From the IMG/VR virus record IMGVR_UViG_3300032111_000012, positions 1-61,010 of that record: a DNA stretch of 61,010 nucleotides; one strand, 5' to 3'. Under the pieces are notes generated by a model. The model was not told the origin of the DNA, did not search any database, and worked only from the letters and a program-made list of their open reading frames with translations. The translations under genes were made by a program, and so were the position numbers. Of this stretch, positions 56,131 through 61,010 are shown one piece after another. How positions within the stretch are numbered: the stretch's first letter is position 1; each line of letters starts with the position of its first letter. Source of the DNA: a virus (taxonomy: Duplodnaviria > Caudoviricetes).

Positions 56131-57201
56131 TTAGACCTCCTTCCGCTTAAGATTCCAACGGTCGTACCCCTGCCCCACCTTCCTAAACGGCTCCAGATCC
56201 TCTGCCGTCACGATCCCGGCCAGGATAGCCGCCTGGATGTCATATGTCACCCGACCAGCAATCGGGGATCTCTGCATAATAAAGCTCGATGTTTCCAATC
56301 GGTTGATCCCCATAGCCTCGCACATCATTCTCAGTTCCCTCTCAATCTCCGACATCCGGCTCTTGCACTCGTCCGCAGCCTTCTCCTGACCCTTGCGGGA
56401 ATCCCGAAGCAACTCCCACTCCAGCAGTAAAGGCTCAATGTCCGGCAACATAGCCGCCTCTACACCCAGATGAGGATTGTCCTTCCAACACAGGTGGTAA
56501 CCGCTGCAAAAGCGGGTATCCATCCCGCCCCGGATCTTGAATGAACACGGGAACGAATCAGCCGTCATTCCCTCGGGGATATCCGGCAGGATGGCCTTCT
56601 CAGCATACTCATTAAGGGAAACAAGCTCATTTTCGATTTCTCGACCGATGGTAGGATTGTAACGAACGAGGTACGGAGGCAAAGGTTGAAAGCGCATCCC
56701 CACCCGAACCGGCACAAGCTCGATCCACTGGAACATGCGCTGCCCCCGCTTATCTGTTTTGAAGTGTAGATAAGCCTGACACTGCCTCAACCATTCCGGC
56801 TTCGGCAACTCCTCTGCCCTAACAAAATCAGATACGCTCTTAAACTCGAAAGGCCGGGGGATAGAATAGACAATAGCGTCTATGTGGCCCGAAGCATTGA
56901 GGTGTGGGATCTTAACTTCGACCTCCCGGCGAACCAACCCGCCCTTGTACTCTTCCCGGAGCCGCTGTGCTCCCCAATCGCCAACTATATGACCACGCTC
57001 ATAAATCTCGACATCCTGCTCCTGATCATCGATGGCAAGCCCCAACACCTTGGCAACCCGGTGTCGTGGACAGTGACCCGACTCAGAAAGACGGAACTGT
57101 GTGGGATCAAACTTGACCTCAGTACCCACTCTATGAAAATAGGCGGCGAACACCTTATCGCTGACAGTATCCGGCGACATTCTCTCGGCAGGCATTGACA
57201 T
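56131..57201 (-). CDS. Cas4-like PD-(D/E)XK exonuclease
   Basis: SESGHCPR, GHIDA, EFKS, QCQAY, C-terminal C..C...C cluster. Confidence 0.8.
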   Translation of the reverse strand: MSMPAERMSPDTVSDKVFAAYFHRVGTEVKFDPTQFRLSESGHCPRHRVAKVLGLAIDDQEQDVEIYERGHIVGDWGAQRLREEYKGGLVRREVEVKIPHLNASGHIDAIVYSIPRPFEFKSVSDFVRAEELPKPEWLRQCQAYLHFKTDKRGQRMFQWIELVPVRVGMRFQPLPPYLVRYNPTIGREIENELVSLNEYAEKAILPDIPEGMTADSFPCSFKIRGGMDTRFCSGYHLCWKDNPHLGVEAAMLPDIEPLLLEWELLRDSRKGQEKAADECKSRMSEIERELRMMCEAMGINRLETSSFIMQRSPIAGRVTYDIQAAILAGIVTAEDLEPFRKVGQGYDRWNLKRKEV

Positions 57202-57242
57202 TAACCTTATACCCCCTATAAACTGAACGTGAGTTCACCACT

Positions 57243-57390
57243 CTCTCCCTCTTGCAGGGAGACGCGCCCCGCCTGCAACGGGGCGCACCCTTCTCTGCCG
57301 TATCTCCCCTGTTCCGATAGGGCCTGCCGGGGTCTGTGCGGTGGTTCCCCTCCCGGATGGATTTAATATTTACCCCGGCTGCCGTATCTG
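57243..57390 (-). ncRNA. Structured intergenic element with 11-bp direct repeat
   Basis: Four GC-rich hairpins; AGATACGGCAG at 57389-57379 and 57305-57295. Confidence 0.35.
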
Positions 57391-57401
57391 GTTACTTTGC
57401 C

Positions 57402-58115
57402 CTAAGCCCCAGCGAAAGCAAAGGTTCCTTGCTTCGCCTTCCCCTTCCCTTTCCTCTCGAACCGCACCCCCTTTGCGCCCTTAGTGCACCAGTAATGAAC
57501 CCTCTGGTACTTGTCGATTTCAGCCTTTGTCAGAATGTCGGCCCCATCGACAAACTTGTAGCCTCTGAATCTCTGATACTTCTTGGATGTCCCGCTGCGG
57601 TAGTTAAAGACTGCATTGTAGTCCAGGGGCTTTTTGAAGAGGATGATCGGCCCGACTACTTCCACGGCTTCCCCGATTTCCTTCGCCTGATCGTACAGCT
57701 TGTCCAGAGCATCCTTGTCCGACACAGCATAAACCCCACCAACTACCCGGTGTCCGCATCCCCTGGCTGGCTCCTTGGCCGCAACCGCTGCCGGTACATA
57801 AGTGACCTTGCCATCATCGGCAAGCTGGCCGATCTGCTTCCGCATCTCTTCTTGGTGTTGCTCGTCCTGAACGATGACCTCAATCCGGCTTATCACAAAG
57901 TAACCAAAGATCCGACCGTGCCCCCGCTTCCCCTCGTCATGAGCCAGAAAGCACTTTGTTTCACCGGGAATGATCCTATCATCCAGTTCCCTGATCATCG
58001 GTAGCCGTCTGCTACACCCCAACCTTGTCGCCTCTTCCACAAACTTAGCAATCGTAGGATAGAACTTCGTGCCCACCCAGATCAAAATGTCCTGCTCCTT
58101 GTGCTCCGCCATCAA
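57402..58115 (-). CDS. Hypothetical phage protein
   Basis: LIWVGTKFYPT..FVEEA.RLGCSRRLP; first gene after operator pair 58153/58186. Confidence 0.8.
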   Translation of the reverse strand: MMAEHKEQDILIWVGTKFYPTIAKFVEEATRLGCSRRLPMIRELDDRIIPGETKCFLAHDEGKRGHGRIFGYFVISRIEVIVQDEQHQEEMRKQIGQLADDGKVTYVPAAVAAKEPARGCGHRVVGGVYAVSDKDALDKLYDQAKEIGEAVEVVGPIILFKKPLDYNAVFNYRSGTSKKYQRFRGYKFVDGADILTKAEIDKYQRVHYWCTKGAKGVRFERKGKGKAKQGTFAFAGA

Positions 58116-58152
58116 TGTAACCCCCCTTGCATTCTCTCTTGAAGCAATCTTA

Positions 58153-58199
58153 TCACCGAATGGTGATTGGGTAAATCGTTTCTTATCACCTTTTGGTGA
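58153..58199. promoter_or_regulatory. Operator pair (58153-58166, 58186-58199) with leftward promoter
   Basis: Minus strand TTTACC-CAATCACCATTCGGTGA-TAAGAT. Confidence 0.75.
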
Positions 58200-58306
58200 T
58201 TATTTTAATCTAATCCGATAGGCTCAAATTGAGGGCGGTTGCTGGCACCCCGCCCCCGCTTTCAACCTACCTGGCTTGACCCTCTGATCCGCACTTCAAA
58301 TTATTC

Positions 58307-58513
58307 TCAGGCATCAGTCAGCACTTCTCGCACTCTCACCTGCTGTAGCCGTTTCCAACCAGGCTTATGCACGTCTTGGTAGAACGTCCGCACCTTAACA
58401 CCCATCGCAGGCTCCCAGCCAGGCAATCCATTACTGGTGGCACACCTTTGACAATTCTTAACACCCGGTTTCGCGCAATTCTCACAACTCGCACCTCTGT
58501 TTTCGGTAAGCAT
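58307..58513 (-). CDS. Small zinc-finger protein
   Basis: CENC...CQRC. Confidence 0.6.
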   Translation of the reverse strand: MLTENRGASCENCAKPGVKNCQRCATSNGLPGWEPAMGVKVRTFYQDVHKPGWKRLQQVRVREVLTDA

Positions 58514-58545
58514 CGCTATTCCTCGCTTTTTGGCCCAGTTTCCAC

Positions 58546-58596
58546 CGAAGCTACGCGGCGTTGGGAACCCCCGGCTTTAGCCGTGGGGTGGCTGAC
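58546..58596 (-). mobile_element. Miniature IS200/IS605 (iscB/isrB-type) fused-end scar
   Basis: 22 nt identical to isrB right-end hairpin (58567-58588 = 11405-11426) but starting GTCA like the isrB left end. Confidence 0.65.
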
Positions 58597-58609
58597 CATA
58601 TCCAGCAGG

Positions 58610-59680
58610 CTACTCCACCGGCTCTCCATCCTGGAGCTTGATCTCCGTCCCTTCGTCGTTGCCCGGAACCTCCTCAGCATCTATCACCTTGCCCTCTCCC
58701 GTTTCAGGGAAAGACATTCCCCCTTGAGAAGCCGGAGCCTGATCCTTAGCCGGTTCCCACTTCTTAATGAACCGAGCCTCAATCTTGTCCAGGAGTTCCT
58801 TACGGGCAGGCCCCTGCATGCCCTTAAGGTTGTCAGATCCGTGAACTTCTGCGATCTGCTCCTTGGTGATCCCCCACTGGCGAATCTTCGCCCAAAAGAC
58901 ATTCCAATTGACCTCTGCCTGGTTGCCCTGGCCCGACTGACCATTGCCCCGCTGACCTACTCCAGAAGCCCCCTGCTGGCCCCCCAAACCGCTGTTCCCG
59001 GCGCGGTTATGCCCACCACCCGCGTCGGGTTCGATCTCTTCTGCCGAAACCTCGCCCCAGCCAACAAGATCCAGGATGCCTCGGTTGATCGCCCTGGTGA
59101 AAGCCGTGGCCGGGATGTCGTGATCACCATTGCTGTATCCCCTGGAAGCATTGAGTGAAGCGGCACCCCAGCCGATCATTGTCCGACCATTGTTGGCCTT
59201 CACGGTGCAGGAACAAGTGGCTTTAACGGTGAGTAGATTATCCCTACGCTGATAGATGGTCAGGGTGTACCCTTCGCCCTGCTCGACTTGAATAATGTAA
59301 TCCCCGACCTCTTGCGTGGAGAGCTTGAAATCCTGTCGTTCAGGAACAGACAGGTTGAAGAATGTGGCGATCTTCCGACACCCGGACTTCTTCTTACGCC
59401 GGATTAGCTGGCCCCCGACGTTGTTCGCAAATTTTTCCGCCTCTGCCTTGTTGACGAACCGGGCCTGCTTGTCATAATCGCCCTGCTTATAAGCAACGAA
59501 ATAGATGTAGTCATCATCTGTCAGGACTGCGTTTTCGAGAGCCTGGTACTGTTGCCAGATTTGAACTGCCTCTTCGATCCCGACGACGGGCTTCACGACC
59601 GATTCCACAGCCCTGTCCACCAAAGGCAACGGTAACACTTCCCCCGTCGCCCGATCTACTGCCGCTTCCTTACCACCCAT
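58610..59680 (-). CDS. Putative recombination/ssDNA-annealing protein
   Basis: KKSGCRKIATFFNLS, ATAFTRAINR; position upstream of exonuclease and initiator. Confidence 0.55.
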   Translation of the reverse strand: MGGKEAAVDRATGEVLPLPLVDRAVESVVKPVVGIEEAVQIWQQYQALENAVLTDDDYIYFVAYKQGDYDKQARFVNKAEAEKFANNVGGQLIRRKKKSGCRKIATFFNLSVPERQDFKLSTQEVGDYIIQVEQGEGYTLTIYQRRDNLLTVKATCSCTVKANNGRTMIGWGAASLNASRGYSNGDHDIPATAFTRAINRGILDLVGWGEVSAEEIEPDAGGGHNRAGNSGLGGQQGASGVGQRGNGQSGQGNQAEVNWNVFWAKIRQWGITKEQIAEVHGSDNLKGMQGPARKELLDKIEARFIKKWEPAKDQAPASQGGMSFPETGEGKVIDAEEVPGNDEGTEIKLQDGEPVE

Positions 59681-59701
59681 TGGTGAAAAATTCCCCCTCT
59701 C

Positions 59702-59820
59702 TTGACACTTTTCGACTCAAACTTCACAATGAAAGAGAAGCCTGAGTTTTGAAGGCTTTGCGAGTCCCCAATCGCTTGCACCTTTCATTGTGAGGCGTTC
59801 TATCCGGGAACGCCTTTTCT
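59702..59820 (+). ncRNA. Candidate antisense RNA with own promoter and terminator
   Basis: TTGACA-17bp-CACAAT (59702-59730); terminator AGGCGTTC/GAACGCCT-TTTCTCTTT (59793-59824). Confidence 0.45.
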
Positions 59821-59828
59821 CTTTGTCC

Positions 59829-60101
59829 TTATCCCGCCTTACGGCGCAACCGGCCACGGGCCACTCTCACCTCCCTACACTCTGAGATGATGAACCGGCA
59901 CGGTGATACCCCAATGGCATCTGCCAACATTAACATTATCGGTAAACTAGGATATGACTTGCCCTGCTCTATCTCATAGATATGATTAGGAGTGCAGCCA
60001 ATCTTAGCAGCCAACTCTTTAACGCTCTTCCCTTGTTCTTTTCTAGCTTGTCTGATCCTGCGCCCAATCTCAATTCTGGCTACAACTGGCATAATTACCA
60101 C
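59829..60101 (-). CDS. Cro-like XRE HTH regulator
   Basis: IGRRIRQAR...ELAAKIG..NHIYEIEQG..PS; divergent from CI. Confidence 0.9.
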   Translation of the reverse strand: MVIMPVVARIEIGRRIRQARKEQGKSVKELAAKIGCTPNHIYEIEQGKSYPSLPIMLMLADAIGVSPCRFIISECREVRVARGRLRRKAG

Positions 60102-60374
60102 CCTCTCCTGGTAACCTTATAGTAAGATACCACTTGGGTTACAGTCAACCGTTAACTAAGATATAATCCGAATTTTCTTTTACAAATGACAGAACGCAAG
60201 TGGGCATCTTCCCATCTCACATCTTCCACAATTACCCTAAAAAGGAGCGACAATCTTGTGTAATCCAAAAAGATGTAGTAAGGTGTGAACAGGATGTACA
60301 CGCTATAGACGTGGCTTATAGCTTATAGGAAGAGGCTGGACAGAGAAAAAAGATAAGCGATTGGGGGCCTCTTT

Positions 60375-61010
60375 GTGGATGGATTAGATGTCTACAGGAA
60401 GAGAATTGGGGGACGACTGAAACAACTCAGAGAAGGTTCAGGCATACCAGCAAAACAGATAGCAGAAAGAGTAGGGTACTCAACCAATCACATCTACGAA
60501 TTAGAGAAAGGAACCGCAACTCCATCTCTGAAGCTACTGATCCAACTCGGAGAAATCTTCGGAGTAAGCCCCGCCTTCTTCATTGAGGAAGAAAAACCAA
60601 CACCCGATCCAATACTCCTTGCTCCGGTCGTCAGTGATCCAAAGCCGGGTGTACCCCTGCATTCCTTTGTAGTAGGGTACCGACCAGTCCCAGAAAAGCT
60701 GGCAACCAAAGGTCGCTTCTTCTATCTTGAATACGGACAGGACATTCATCTCGCTGGCTTTATACCAAAACCCACACTACTCCTGGTAAAGGAAGCACGG
60801 CGGGCGGCACCGAATAGCGTAGTTGTGGCCTTGGTCAAAGGCAAAGCACTAATGCGAGAGATCCTTTACGACCATGACAAAGGGCTTATCATCCTGAGAT
60901 GGTGGTCAATGGATACCCCGCCAATTGTCCTGCATCCTGAAGAGTTACAGCTTCTTGGTATCGTGGTTGCTGTAGAGATCTGGATTGGCGAAGAACCACC
61001 GGCCAGCTGA
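60375..61010 (+). CDS. CI-like repressor, XRE HTH + degenerate S24-like domain
   Basis: N-terminal HTH; C-terminal VVVALV..LLGIVV S24-like fold without GDSM serine. Confidence 0.85.
   Translation: MDGLDVYRKRIGGRLKQLREGSGIPAKQIAERVGYSTNHIYELEKGTATPSLKLLIQLGEIFGVSPAFFIEEEKPTPDPILLAPVVSDPKPGVPLHSFVVGYRPVPEKLATKGRFFYLEYGQDIHLAGFIPKPTLLLVKEARRAAPNSVVVALVKGKALMREILYDHDKGLIILRWWSMDTPPIVLHPEELQLLGIVVAVEIWIGEEPPAS

Larger units (their letters stand above)
1..61010. mobile_element. Temperate siphovirus-like prophage/phage genome, apparently complete
   Basis: Integrase, CI/Cro, replication, packaging, head, non-contractile tail (TMP, no sheath) and lysis modules in phage order; att sites not identified. 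Confidence 0.95.

Noticed and set aside
56131-57400. CRISPR mini-array next to the Cas4-like gene
   Set aside because: Only two 11-bp repeats 84 bp apart; no cas1/cas2; solo Cas4-like nucleases are common in phage recombination modules

Overview
The window is one apparently complete ~61 kb temperate siphovirus-type (pro)phage, probably from a Bacillota/Clostridia host (inference from SD/promoter style and the RinA-like, LL-H holin and 3D-domain genes). It runs from a tyrosine integrase (1..1023, +) to a Cro/CI-like switch (59829..61010). Almost all other genes are on the minus strand: recombination/replication (Cas4-like nuclease, HTH initiator, DnaB), accessory middle genes, a late operon (glycosyltransferase, ParB-like, TerS/TerL, portal, MuF, head, tail, lysis), and an early accessory block (HicB-like, MoxR AAA plus VWA-metallopeptidase). 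Two non-autonomous IS200/IS605-family RNA-guided elements are inserted: a TnpB whose third RuvC Asp is His, and an intact IsrB with omegaRNA. There is also a fused-end scar of a third element. Best candidates for undescribed biology: (1) a 1363-aa MuF minor head protein carrying a HipA/PI3K-like kinase, an HeH-like motif and an ART-like tip, with a coupled downstream ORF and a phage Ser/Thr phosphatase; (2) a glycosylation module in which a GT-B enzyme and a ParB-like protein open the packaging operon and an intact captured galE adjoins a destroyed MT-A70 methyltransferase; (3) a dispersed TCACC-N4-GGTGA operator regulon over 8 promoters; (4) a replication origin apparently split away from the initiator gene; (5) several tRNA-like or structured ncRNAs. 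All family assignments come from motif recognition by eye, with no database searches.
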